The notes below the pieces were generated by a model, which was given only the letters and a program-made list of their open reading frames with translations, was not told the DNA's origin and ran no database searches. From a bacterium (GTDB lineage: Bacteria; JAHJDO01): a DNA stretch of 45,845 nt. The number at the start of each line of letters is the position of its first letter. The first letter of the stretch is position 1. The stretch spans positions 1-45,845 of the forward strand of contig JBDRTG010000038.1 of NCBI GenBank assembly GCA_043824255.1, given 5' to 3'. The position numbers were made by a program, and so were the translations under genes. Positions 9,732-19,054 of this stretch are shown one piece after another.

Positions 9732-9780
9732 ATCCCCCTTAATCCCCCTTCGAAGGGGGACGGTTTCGCCGCAGGCGGAA
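9732..9780. repeat. REP-like palindrome cluster
   Basis: ATCCCCCTTAATCCCCCTTCGAAGGGGGA (perfect 18-bp palindrome at 9743-9760) plus a TTTCGCCGCAGGCGGAA hairpin. Confidence 0.7.
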
Positions 9781-11364
9781 CTTGGGAGATGTTCTTCTCC
9801 AGATCAATATGCCGCCAACAATTACTATCGCCATAAATATCCAGATATATTTGCCCATAAGTGGCAAGACAAATGAACTGTGCCATATTCTTCCTATGAC
9901 AGTCTTGAAGGGAATATGCTCCCTGAATATATATAAATAGTCCCATATATACTGTCCCTCGTATGAGTTACACTGCTTATTATAATATACCAGATTTGCT
10001 TTTGTCAGCAAAAAAAGGCAGTATGAATATATAGCTGAGAGACCTATCAGACTTTTAATTAAACCAGTTTTTCTATATCTATCCAGAAATGCACATAGTC
10101 CAAGCCCTAGGAATGGGATTGTGCAAGTTAAATATCTCTGGGCGTAACATCCACCGGCATTATATTCTGTTCTCATTCCATAAATAAGAGCTATTAATAA
10201 GAAATTAACCAGAGCTATTATACCTGCTGAAGATAACTTTTTATCTCTATGTTTAATAAGAAATGCCAGTCCAATAAAAGAAAGTGTAAAACACGGGAAC
10301 CACAGCAGAAAGCCGTGATCAACCGAAAACAAGAGGTTTATAACAGGTGGAGGTATTTTTAGTATGCTTATCCACCCATAACCGCCGTATCCTGCCTCAA
10401 ACCACGAGCCAAACTGCGTATGGCACTGATATATGGAGAGAAAAAATACTACAACTAGCGGCGCTATATAAATAGCTATATTCTTTATGATTGCGGATAT
10501 TCTCAATCCTTTATAACAGAGAATAAGCGCAAAGAAATATGGAAAAAACAGCAAACCGTTTACATATCTTGTCCATGCGGAAAGAGCAACACAAAGTCCA
10601 AGTACAAATGTTAAGAACGTGCTTTTCCCTCTTTTGGCTATCCTTTTCTGCAACAGTATAAACACATAAAAAGATAGTGTGACCATGAATGTACTTGTCG
10701 CGTGACTGAAACCGTTTGTCGCGTAATAAAGGAGAGGGCTTGCAAAAAAGCATACAAGTGTTGTAAACAGGCTGATGCCCCTTGAGAAATTTAATTCAAT
10801 AAGAATCTTAAACAGAATTAACATAGCAAGGATTGCATATATGTTGTGAGCAAGGATCACAGATAATATATTCAGGAATTTTCCGGAACTTAGCCCCTTA
10901 TAGGGTAGTGAGCTGGGATTATTACTAAAGGAAGGGGGATTGAATTTAATGAATTTTGCCACAACTTGCGAAACTAAATAAAAAGGCGCATCAAGAAGAG
11001 TCATGCCAAGAGGATAACCAGTTACCCATCTTCCTGTTTCCCCGCAGTATTGGGTTCCATTCCCATTCCAGCCATACATATTATTGCCAAGGTCAAGGTC
11101 TCTATCTTCAATAATAGATTCAAGATTTGCAAAATGCCCCCAGCCATCATTTCCACCGAGCCCGTCTTCAAATATAAAACAATGCAAGCCCAGAACAAAT
11201 ATTAGGAAAACAAGTTCCCATGAAAAGCATTTCTTCTTAGTTCGTTTTTGCTGATTATTTAACATAAGATATTGCCCATCACTCCACTTCTCGGAGTATA
11301 CACAATATAAACTCTTTGCACAAACTTGTTTCACGATGTAGAATACATAACTGAATTTTATCAT
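9739..11364 (-). CDS. Multi-pass GT-C-like membrane glycosyltransferase (true start probably ATG at 11265)
   Basis: DG.G.F..L.SII.D.DLD, YP.G...L.APF, HGFLLWFP, GGC..QRY; about 11 TM segments. Confidence 0.65.
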   Translation of the reverse strand: MIKFSYVFYIVKQVCAKSLYCVYSEKWSDGQYLMLNNQQKRTKKKCFSWELVFLIFVLGLHCFIFEDGLGGNDGWGHFANLESIIEDRDLDLGNNMYGWNGNGTQYCGETGRWVTGYPLGMTLLDAPFYLVSQVVAKFIKFNPPSFSNNPSSLPYKGLSSGKFLNILSVILAHNIYAILAMLILFKILIELNFSRGISLFTTLVCFFASPLLYYATNGFSHATSTFMVTLSFYVFILLQKRIAKRGKSTFLTFVLGLCVALSAWTRYVNGLLFFPYFFALILCYKGLRISAIIKNIAIYIAPLVVVFFLSIYQCHTQFGSWFEAGYGGYGWISILKIPPPVINLLFSVDHGFLLWFPCFTLSFIGLAFLIKHRDKKLSSAGIIALVNFLLIALIYGMRTEYNAGGCYAQRYLTCTIPFLGLGLCAFLDRYRKTGLIKSLIGLSAIYSYCLFLLTKANLVYYNKQCNSYEGQYIWDYLYIFREHIPFKTVIGRIWHSSFVLPLMGKYIWIFMAIVIVGGILIWRRTSPKFRLRRNRPPSKGD

Positions 11365-11398
11365 ATAAGCAAAACTGAAAAATACAGGAGAAGTAAAA

Positions 11399-12340
11399 AT
11401 GGCCAGAGTACTTGTTACAGGAGGTGGAGGATTTATAGGGTCTCATTTAACTGAGAAGCTTGTTGGATTAGGTCATGAAGTAACAGTTGTTGACAATGTA
11501 TCGCATGGAAATCTGGAGAATCTTGAATCCGTTGCCAAAGAAATTATTTTAATGAAAGGCGACATGCTTAATTCCGAGGTTTTAGAAAAAGCTGTTCAGG
11601 GAAAAAAATACGTTTTTCATACGGCGGCAAACACGAATATAGACAAGAGTATCAATATGCCAGCATGGAGCGCAGAGCAAAATATAGTAGCTACGGTAAA
11701 ACTGCTGGAAACAGCAGTGAAGTATAATATAAAAAGAGTAATATTCTCTTCAAGCGCTTCTGTCTATGGGGATGTTAAAACTCTGCCTGTAAAAGAGGGA
11801 ATGTCTCTTTCTCCTATGTCTGCGTATGCGTTAGAAAAAGTAACAGGAGAAAATTATATGAGGTTGTTTGCAGAATTATATGACATTAATACCGTATCTT
11901 TAAGGTATTTCAACGTGTTTGGTCCACGTCAAAATCCTGATCTTCCTCATCCGGGAGGAGTAACCATTGTAATCAATCAGATTCGCAAAACGGGTTCTTC
12001 TCAATTGCAGGGTAACGGGAAGCAAACACGGGATATGATCTACGTTGGAAATGTAGTAAATGCAAACATTCTTGCAATGGAAAAACAGTCTGATGCAAAA
12101 GGTGCTGCATATAATATTTGCACAGGCAGGTCTATATCAATAGCGGAACTTCATGACAAGATTTCCAGACTTATGGGAATTGATTCATCCAGAGAATATC
12201 TGCCTTTTGGGAAAGGGAATATAATACATTCTAAGGGCGATCCTGCGTTAGCTAAAACTGAGCTGGGTTTTGAAGCAGAAGTTGATTTGGATGAAGGGCT
12301 AAAAAGAACAATTGAGTGGAGCAATGACAAAAATAATTAA
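11399..12340 (+). CDS. NAD-dependent nucleotide-sugar epimerase/dehydratase (extended SDR)
   Basis: LVTGGGGFIGSH, SSSASVYG, YALEK, LRYFNVFGPRQ; SD AGGAG. Confidence 0.88.
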   Translation: MARVLVTGGGGFIGSHLTEKLVGLGHEVTVVDNVSHGNLENLESVAKEIILMKGDMLNSEVLEKAVQGKKYVFHTAANTNIDKSINMPAWSAEQNIVATVKLLETAVKYNIKRVIFSSSASVYGDVKTLPVKEGMSLSPMSAYALEKVTGENYMRLFAELYDINTVSLRYFNVFGPRQNPDLPHPGGVTIVINQIRKTGSSQLQGNGKQTRDMIYVGNVVNANILAMEKQSDAKGAAYNICTGRSISIAELHDKISRLMGIDSSREYLPFGKGNIIHSKGDPALAKTELGFEAEVDLDEGLKRTIEWSNDKNN

Positions 12341-13463
12341 ACAAGGGGTTTCAACCACTTGTTCAATATTCGGATTTCGGATTTTTTTATTTTCATTCTT
12401 GCTATTAGCCAGTAACTACGGATTTGCTCAATCTAAAATTGTGAGAGTATTGATCTGTAAATCCGACACTTCACTCACACTTTCTTCTCAAGGACCTGTT
12501 GTTATAAAAGCAGGGGGCAAGATTTTAAAAAGAGAAAAAAGATTAGAAGAAATCGTTTTAAAACGCAAAAGCAATGCCGTAAGGTTTGGAAGAGGTGAAT
12601 ACAAAACATTAGATTTTATATCAAAAGGCCTCCCTATATCAGTGAATAACATAGCGTATAGAGGAGATATTAGAATAAGTGTTCACCAAAAACAGCTTTT
12701 TGTAGTTAATTATGTTGACATAGAGAGCTACTTAAAGGGTGTTGTTCCATCCGAGATGTTTTCCACCTGGCCTATGGAGGCATTAAAAGCACAGGCAGTT
12801 GTAGCGCGCACATATGCACTTTATCACATAGCTGGCCCGAGCAAAGAGTATGACTTATGTTCAGAGGCAAAATCTCAGATGTATAAAGGCGTATGTTCTG
12901 AGAGCAGCAACTCCAATATGGCTGTGTATTTAACAGAAAAAATGTGCCTGTATGACAACAAGAAACTGGTTCCCACTTATTTTCACTCAACATGCGGCGG
13001 TAATACGATTAATGCAGATAGTATATGGGAAAAGGCTCTGGATTCCATAGAGGGCGTTGATTGCAAATTCTGTAAGGACTCACCTCATTATAAATGGAAA
13101 AAATCAATAGGAAGAAGAAAACTCGGAAAAATTCTGAGCAAAAAAGGGTTCAAGATAGGTAAAATAAAAAAGATAAGACTTGAAAAAGGCAAACCTTATA
13201 GGATTTTCATAGAAGATAAATATGGGGAACTGCAGGTATTGAATGTAGCTAAATTTAGAATGCTTGTTGGGTCTGAGATAGTTAGAAGTAGTAATTTTAG
13301 AGTTAAAGTCGGATGGTTTAGAGTGAAGTTCAAAGGAAACGGATGGGGCCATTGTGTAGGGTTATGTCAATGGGGAGCACACGGAATGGCTCTTAAAGGA
13401 TACAGCTGTGAACAGATTCTGCAGCGTTATTATCCTAACCTTGATCTAAAAAAAATGTTTTAA
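12312..13463 (+). CDS. SpoIID/LytB domain lytic transglycosylase (start possibly ATG 12324)
   Basis: E.YL.GVVPSEM...WP.EALKAQAVVARTYA, FHSTCGG, GWGH.VGLCQWGA.GMA. Confidence 0.88.
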   Translation: MSGAMTKIIKQGVSTTCSIFGFRIFLFSFLLLASNYGFAQSKIVRVLICKSDTSLTLSSQGPVVIKAGGKILKREKRLEEIVLKRKSNAVRFGRGEYKTLDFISKGLPISVNNIAYRGDIRISVHQKQLFVVNYVDIESYLKGVVPSEMFSTWPMEALKAQAVVARTYALYHIAGPSKEYDLCSEAKSQMYKGVCSESSNSNMAVYLTEKMCLYDNKKLVPTYFHSTCGGNTINADSIWEKALDSIEGVDCKFCKDSPHYKWKKSIGRRKLGKILSKKGFKIGKIKKIRLEKGKPYRIFIEDKYGELQVLNVAKFRMLVGSEIVRSSNFRVKVGWFRVKFKGNGWGHCVGLCQWGAHGMALKGYSCEQILQRYYPNLDLKKMF

Positions 13464-14498
13464 ATGCATATTTCTCTTTTTGATTATTCTCTCCCGGAGA
13501 AACTGGTTGCGCAATATCCTGCCTCTCAACGTGACAAATCCAGATTAATGATTATTAGCAGAGAAACTGGAGATATTACTCATAGTTCTTTTTCTAATAT
13601 AGTTGATTATCTTTCCAAAGATGATTTGTTAGTCATAAACAACACAAAGGTGATACATGCCAGATTGAGAGGGATAAAAGAAGCTACAGGAGCCCACATA
13701 GAAATACTGCTGGTCAGAGATTTGGGTAATAATATATGGAACGTACTTGCAAAGCCGTCAAAAAGGCTCAGGATAGGAACAATTATTAATTGTAGTAAGA
13801 ATCTTTCTGCGGAAGTCATAGAAAAGAATAATGACGGTGTAGTAAGGCTTAAGTTCAGTTTCACAGGTAATTTCATGGAAATTATATCTAAAATTGGTCA
13901 GGTTCCTCTCCCTCCATATATAAGAAGGGCAAGTATCAAATCCTATGACACCAGAAGATATCAGACAGTTTATGCTAAAGAAGCTGGATCTATTGCTGCG
14001 CCAACTGCAGGACTGCATTTTACAAAAAGTTTGTTAAAAAAGATTAAAGAAAAGGGAATTCAAATTGCTGAGGTAACACTTCATGTGAGCGTTGGCACAT
14101 TCAAGCCTGTTACAGAGACAGAAATAGAAAAACACAGGATGCAGTCAGAATATTACGAGATAACAAAAGAGACATTTTCTACAATAAAAATGGCTATTCA
14201 TGAACAAAAGAGGATAATAGCAGTTGGAACAACAAGTGTGAGAGTTCTTGAATCAGTGGATTTCAATGCTGATAATCCAAAGAAAAATCTTTCAGCATGG
14301 ACAGATCTTTTTATATATCCCGGATATAAATTTAAAGCAGTGAATGCTATTATTACAAACTTTCATCTTCCAAAGTCAACTCTCTTAATCTTAATACATG
14401 CTTTTGCGGGCAGAAAACTTATGACAAAGACATACAAAGAGGCAATTAAAGAAGAATATAGGTTTTACAGTTATGGAGATGTAACGTTTGTCACATAA
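13464..14498 (+). CDS. queA: S-adenosylmethionine:tRNA ribosyltransferase-isomerase
   Basis: FDY.LP...AQ.P..RD.SRL, PLPPYIRR, YQTVYA...GS.AAPTAGLHFT, TNFHLPKSTL, YRFYSYGD. Confidence 0.97.
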   Translation: MHISLFDYSLPEKLVAQYPASQRDKSRLMIISRETGDITHSSFSNIVDYLSKDDLLVINNTKVIHARLRGIKEATGAHIEILLVRDLGNNIWNVLAKPSKRLRIGTIINCSKNLSAEVIEKNNDGVVRLKFSFTGNFMEIISKIGQVPLPPYIRRASIKSYDTRRYQTVYAKEAGSIAAPTAGLHFTKSLLKKIKEKGIQIAEVTLHVSVGTFKPVTETEIEKHRMQSEYYEITKETFSTIKMAIHEQKRIIAVGTTSVRVLESVDFNADNPKKNLSAWTDLFIYPGYKFKAVNAIITNFHLPKSTLLILIHAFAGRKLMTKTYKEAIKEEYRFYSYGDVTFVT

Positions 14499-14502
14499 TA
14501 AC

Positions 14503-14530
14503 TTGACAATCAATAGCCAATAACTATAAT
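14503..14530 (+). promoter_or_regulatory. Consensus sigma70 promoter for the fab operon
   Basis: TTGACA-16 nt-TATAAT; SD AGGAGG before fabG. Confidence 0.75.
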
Positions 14531-14562
14531 GCCAGCGATGAATTAAGAAATTAGGAGGAAGC

Positions 14563-15303
14563 ATGAAGCTTGGTGGAAAAACGGCAATTGTAACTGGTGC
14601 AGCTCAGGGTATTGGAAAGGAAATAGCGTGTAGCCTGGCAAAGGAAGGCGCAAATGTTGTGGTTTCGGATATAGATCTCGAACGTGCAGAACAAACAGCA
14701 GCCGAGATAAAAAAAATGGGAAGAGAAACACTGATTATAAAAGCTGATGTTTCTATACCAGAGGAAGCTGCAAACATTGTAGAAAAAACGATTGACAAAT
14801 TAGGAAGCCTGGATATACTCATCAACAATGCCGGAATAACCAGAGATAGCTTCATTTTACGCATGAAGGATGAGGACTGGGATAAGGTGTTAGCAATAAA
14901 TCTTAAGGGGACATTTAACTGCATTAAAGCATCTGCAAAAGTTATGTTAAAGCAAAGAAAAGGCAAAATAGTAAACATAGCATCCATTATAGGGTTGATA
15001 GGGAATGCTGGACAGGCGAATTATGCTGCCTCTAAAGCAGGTGTAATTGCCCTAACCAAGTCCGCTGCCAAAGAATTCGGCTCAAGAGGAATAACTGTTA
15101 ATGCTATAGCACCGGGTTTTATAAGCACAAGAATGACAGAAGTGCTTAAAGAGGATACAAAGCAAAAAATGCTGGGCAATATTCCTCTAGGCAGATTTGG
15201 CTTAGCCACTGATGTTGCAAATCTTGTTTTATTTCTTGTCTCTGATGAAGCAAATTACATCACAGGACAGGTAATTAATGTAGACGGTGGAATGGTAACT
15301 TAA
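14563..15303 (+). CDS. fabG: 3-oxoacyl-ACP reductase
   Basis: TGAAQGIG, NNAGITRD, GNAGQANYAASKAG, APGFI.T.MT; next to acpP and fabF. Confidence 0.93.
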   Translation: MKLGGKTAIVTGAAQGIGKEIACSLAKEGANVVVSDIDLERAEQTAAEIKKMGRETLIIKADVSIPEEAANIVEKTIDKLGSLDILINNAGITRDSFILRMKDEDWDKVLAINLKGTFNCIKASAKVMLKQRKGKIVNIASIIGLIGNAGQANYAASKAGVIALTKSAAKEFGSRGITVNAIAPGFISTRMTEVLKEDTKQKMLGNIPLGRFGLATDVANLVLFLVSDEANYITGQVINVDGGMVT

Positions 15304-15330
15304 AGTTTAAAAAAAAGGAGGAGATGGAGT

Positions 15331-15564
15331 ATGTCAAGTGAAAAAAGAGTGAAAGAGATTATTGTTGAACAACTTGGTGTAAAGCCGGAAGAGGTTACTA
15401 ATGAGGCATCATTTGTTGATGATTTAGGTGCAGATTCATTAGATACAGTAGAACTTGTTATGGCACTTGAAGAGGAATTTGACATTGAAATACCTGACGA
15501 AGATGCGGAAAAGATTGTTACAGTTGTCGATGCGACAGACTACATAGATAAGCACGTCCAGTAA
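15331..15564 (+). CDS. acpP: Acyl carrier protein
   Basis: [20 protein letters not shown]. Confidence 0.97.
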   Translation: MSSEKRVKEIIVEQLGVKPEEVTNEASFVDDLGADSLDTVELVMALEEEFDIEIPDEDAEKIVTVVDATDYIDKHVQ

Positions 15565-15571
15565 AAAAATC

Positions 15572-15706
15572 AAATTCGAAGCACGAAACACTAAATACGA
15601 AACAATATCAAATAACTAAAATGCAAATGTTCGAAACGATGTTTAAAATTTTAGACATTTGAATTTAGAATTTGTTTCAGATTTTGATATTCGGATTTCG
15701 GATTTT
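15572..15706. repeat. Long imperfect inverted repeat built from ~7-nt units
   Basis: Left arm AAATTCGAAGCACGAAACACTAAATACGAAAC...; right arm ...GATTTTGATATTCGGATTTCGGATTTT; a 20-nt piece also occurs at 12366-12385. Confidence 0.7.
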
Positions 15707-15733
15707 ATTTAGTATTTAATTGAGGCTGTAGTC

Positions 15734-16972
15734 ATGGAGAAAAACAGAGTTGTTATAACAGGTATAGGAGCAGTAACACCTGTTGGTAATAATACTGATG
15801 TTTTTTGGAAAAACGTATGTGATGGAAAGAGCGGAGTAGATCACATCACTTTGTTTGACCCGGCAGATTTTGATAGCAAGATAGCTGGACAGATTAAAAA
15901 TTTTGATTCTTCTATGTATCTTGGCCAAAAAGATATAAGAAGGATGGACAGTTTTGTGCAGTTTGCTGTTGCCTGTAGTAAAATGGCTTTAGAGAATAGT
16001 GGATTAGATACAGATAAGGAGGATAAGAGCAGAATCGGTGTTCTTATAGGTTCTGGGATTGGCGGATTAAAGGTAATTGAAGATCAGCACAATGTGCTCT
16101 TGCAGAAAGGCCCTTCAAGGGTGTCTCCTTTTCTTATTCCGATGTTGATAATAGACATGGCCAGCGGACAAGTTGCAATTCAATTTGGGCTTAAAGGTCC
16201 GAATTTTGCGATTGCTACTGCGTGTGCTTCCGGCTCTCATGCAATAGGAGAGGCTTTTAGGATTATTCAAAGAGGAGAAGCAGACATAATGCTAGCAGGG
16301 GGAACAGAGGCTGCAATAACTCCTCTTGGTGTTGCTGGCTTCTGCAAGATGAGGGCTCTTTCTACAAGAAATGATGAGCCTGAGAAGGCAAGCAGACCAT
16401 TTGACAGGGATAGAGATGGTTTTGTAATAGGGGAAGGAGCAGGTATTCTGCTTCTTGAAGATTTAAATCATGCAAAAAAAAGAGGCGCTACCATTTATGC
16501 AGAATTAGCAGGCTTCGGCATGACTGCTGATGCATATCATATAACATCTCCGTCTCCTGAGGGTGAGGGAGCTGCGCAAGCAATGAAATTGGCTTTGGAG
16601 GATGCAACGCTAAATCCTGAAGATATTGATTACATTAATGCACATGGCACTTCAACCCCTTTCAATGACAGATGTGAGACAAAGGCTATTAAAACTGTAT
16701 TCGGTAAGTGTGCAAAAAACATACCTGTGAGTTCAACGAAATCTATGACAGGCCATCTTTTAGGAGCGAGTGGAGGGGTTGAATTGATAGCATGTGTCTT
16801 AAGCATAAAGCATGGCATTATTACTCCAACTATAAACTATGAGAATCCGGATCCTGAGTGCGATCTTGATTATGTGCCTAATACTGCCAGAGAATGTAAG
16901 GTTCAATATGCAATGTCAAATTCATTTGGTTTTGGTGGTCATAATTCAGCTTTAGTTGTAAAAGAGTATTAA
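15734..16972 (+). CDS. fabF: Beta-ketoacyl-ACP synthase II
   Basis: [44 protein letters not shown]. Confidence 0.96.
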   Translation: MEKNRVVITGIGAVTPVGNNTDVFWKNVCDGKSGVDHITLFDPADFDSKIAGQIKNFDSSMYLGQKDIRRMDSFVQFAVACSKMALENSGLDTDKEDKSRIGVLIGSGIGGLKVIEDQHNVLLQKGPSRVSPFLIPMLIIDMASGQVAIQFGLKGPNFAIATACASGSHAIGEAFRIIQRGEADIMLAGGTEAAITPLGVAGFCKMRALSTRNDEPEKASRPFDRDRDGFVIGEGAGILLLEDLNHAKKRGATIYAELAGFGMTADAYHITSPSPEGEGAAQAMKLALEDATLNPEDIDYINAHGTSTPFNDRCETKAIKTVFGKCAKNIPVSSTKSMTGHLLGASGGVELIACVLSIKHGIITPTINYENPDPECDLDYVPNTARECKVQYAMSNSFGFGGHNSALVVKEY

Positions 16973-16989
16973 AAAAAGGAGATAGACAT

Positions 16990-18129
16990 ATGGATTTTAG
17001 TTTAACAGAAGAACAGCAGATGATGCTTGAGGAAGTTAAGAAAGTTTGTGAAGAAAAAATAGCTCCCAGAGCGGAAGAGGTTGACGAAAAAGGTGAATTC
17101 CCGAAAGATAACATTGATCTTTTGGCCAATATGGATTTACTTGGGCTTGTTATCCCTGAGGAATATGGCGGTCTTGGCATGGGTTTTTTAACATGGGCTC
17201 TTGTTGCTGAGGAGATTTCAAAAGCATGTGGAACAACAGGTCTTATTTTCGGAGCTAATTTGCTTTGCGTGTATCCATTGATAGCTTTTGGCACAGAAGA
17301 GCAAAAGAAAAAATATCTGCCGTCTCTGGCAAAGAACAAACTCGCAGCGTTTGCTCTCACTGAGCCGGAAGCAGGCTCTGACGCTGGAAACGTCAAGACA
17401 ACCGCAAAACCTGAGGGGGATCATTACATAATAAACGGCAGGAAGATCTTTAATACAAATGGAGGAGAAGCAAGTACCTATATTATTATTGCAGCCACAC
17501 ATCCAAATCAGGGACCTCGCGGACTAAGCGCGTTCATAGTTGAAGCAGATACACAGGGATTTACAATAGGACAAAAGTTTAACAAGATGGGGTTCAGTGC
17601 GCTTCCGAATGTAGAACTTGTTTTTGATAATTGCAAGGTGCCTAAAGAAAACTTATTATTGAAAGAAAGACGTGGTTTTCGAGTTGCAATGGAAACATTT
17701 GATGCGGGCAGAATCGGAGTTGGCATAGGCGCGCTTGGTATTGCTGAGGCAGCGTATGAAGCTGCGCTTAAATATGCAAAGGAAAGAGTACAATTTGGAA
17801 AGCCAATAGCCTCTTTTCAGGCGATTCAACATATTTTGGCTGATATGGCAACAGAGATTGAGGCAGTAAAATTAATACTTTATAAATCAGCATGGCTTAA
17901 GGACCAGAATCAGCCTTTTGAAAAATATGCTTCAATGGGAAAACTGAAGGCTTCAGAAGTTGCTATGCACGTATCTATAAAAGCTGTACAGGTTTTTGGC
18001 GGATACGGATATATGAAGGAATATCCTGTGCAGAGGTATATGAGGGAAGCCAAACTGTTTGAAATAATAGAAGGCACATCGGAAATCCAGCGCAGTGTTA
18101 TTGCAAACTTTTTATTAAAAGGACGTTAA
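16990..18129 (+). CDS. Acyl-CoA dehydrogenase (butyryl-CoA dehydrogenase-like)
   Basis: FALTEPEAGSDA, ERVQFGKPI..FQAIQ, GGYGY, IIEGTSEIQR. Confidence 0.92.
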   Translation: MDFSLTEEQQMMLEEVKKVCEEKIAPRAEEVDEKGEFPKDNIDLLANMDLLGLVIPEEYGGLGMGFLTWALVAEEISKACGTTGLIFGANLLCVYPLIAFGTEEQKKKYLPSLAKNKLAAFALTEPEAGSDAGNVKTTAKPEGDHYIINGRKIFNTNGGEASTYIIIAATHPNQGPRGLSAFIVEADTQGFTIGQKFNKMGFSALPNVELVFDNCKVPKENLLLKERRGFRVAMETFDAGRIGVGIGALGIAEAAYEAALKYAKERVQFGKPIASFQAIQHILADMATEIEAVKLILYKSAWLKDQNQPFEKYASMGKLKASEVAMHVSIKAVQVFGGYGYMKEYPVQRYMREAKLFEIIEGTSEIQRSVIANFLLKGR

Positions 18130-18132
18130 ATC

Positions 18133-18924
18133 ATGCAACTCATTGTTTGTATAAAACAAGTTCCTGATACTGAAGAGATAAGCAATGTTAAAATAGATTC
18201 CCAGACAAACACAATGATTAGAGAGGGAATTAAGAATATTATAAATCCCTTTGATGAGAATGCAATTGAGGAAGCTCTTAAATTAAGAGAAAAATATGGA
18301 GGCAAGGTCACTGTTATCAGTATGGGGCCTCCGCAGGTGGAAGCTGCATTAAGATCTGCTCTGGCAATGGGCGCAGATGAGGCGATACTTATTTGCGATA
18401 GAGCATTTGCTGGTTCAGATACACTTGCTACATCATACACATTAGCTCAAGCCATAAATAAAATAGGTAAGTTTGACATTGTATTATTTGGTAAACAGGC
18501 TATAGATGGTGATACTGCTCAAGTTGGACCTGGTGTTGCAGAGCAGCTCGGTATAGCGCAAATAACATATATTCGAAAAATAGAGATTAAGGATAATATA
18601 TTAAGGGCTGAGAGAGCATTAGAGAATTCTTTTGAGGTTGTAGAGGTAAAGCTTCCATGCGCAGTAACAGTTACAAAAGAGATTAATGAACCTCGTTATG
18701 CTTCAATGAAGGGTCTTCTTATGGCAAGAAAAAAACAGATTCACGTCTGGAGCGCTGAGGACTTGGATGTTGATAAGGATAAAATAGGGCTGGATGGCTC
18801 TCCTACTCAGGTAGTTAAAATATTCACTCCACAGACAAAGTATGAAGGTGAAATTCTGGATGGTACAGCCTCAGAAGTTGTAGATAAACTTGTTTCAAAA
18901 TTAACAGAACATAAGCTTTTCTAA
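18133..18924 (+). CDS. etfB: Electron transfer flavoprotein beta subunit
   Basis: VCIKQVPD, NPFDE.A.EEAL, DRAFAGSDTLATS, GKQAIDGDTAQVGP. Confidence 0.94.
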   Translation: MQLIVCIKQVPDTEEISNVKIDSQTNTMIREGIKNIINPFDENAIEEALKLREKYGGKVTVISMGPPQVEAALRSALAMGADEAILICDRAFAGSDTLATSYTLAQAINKIGKFDIVLFGKQAIDGDTAQVGPGVAEQLGIAQITYIRKIEIKDNILRAERALENSFEVVEVKLPCAVTVTKEINEPRYASMKGLLMARKKQIHVWSAEDLDVDKDKIGLDGSPTQVVKIFTPQTKYEGEILDGTASEVVDKLVSKLTEHKLF

Positions 18925-18930
18925 TCTTTT

Positions 18931-18947
18931 TGTTTCTCGTAATTTCC
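18931..18947 (+). repeat. 17-bp direct repeat, left copy
   Basis: TGTTTCTCGTAATTTCC, identical to 28844-28860. Confidence 0.85.
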
Positions 18948-18997
18948 CGTTGTTTTTGACCAATGCAATTTTCCCAATATGTTATGGACTCATATAT

Positions 18998-19026
18998 TTG
19001 ATTTCAAATAAGGCTGGGTCTATAAT
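18998..19026 (+). promoter_or_regulatory. Sigma70 promoter for the 19055-26353 operon
   Basis: TTGATT-17 nt-TATAAT. Confidence 0.55.
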
Positions 19027-19054
19027 AGGTTTATAATGTAATATACAGGCAAAC

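Noticed and set aside
15572..15706. CRISPR array or riboswitch
   Set aside because: No repeat-spacer structure, no cas genes and no recognisable aptamer consensus
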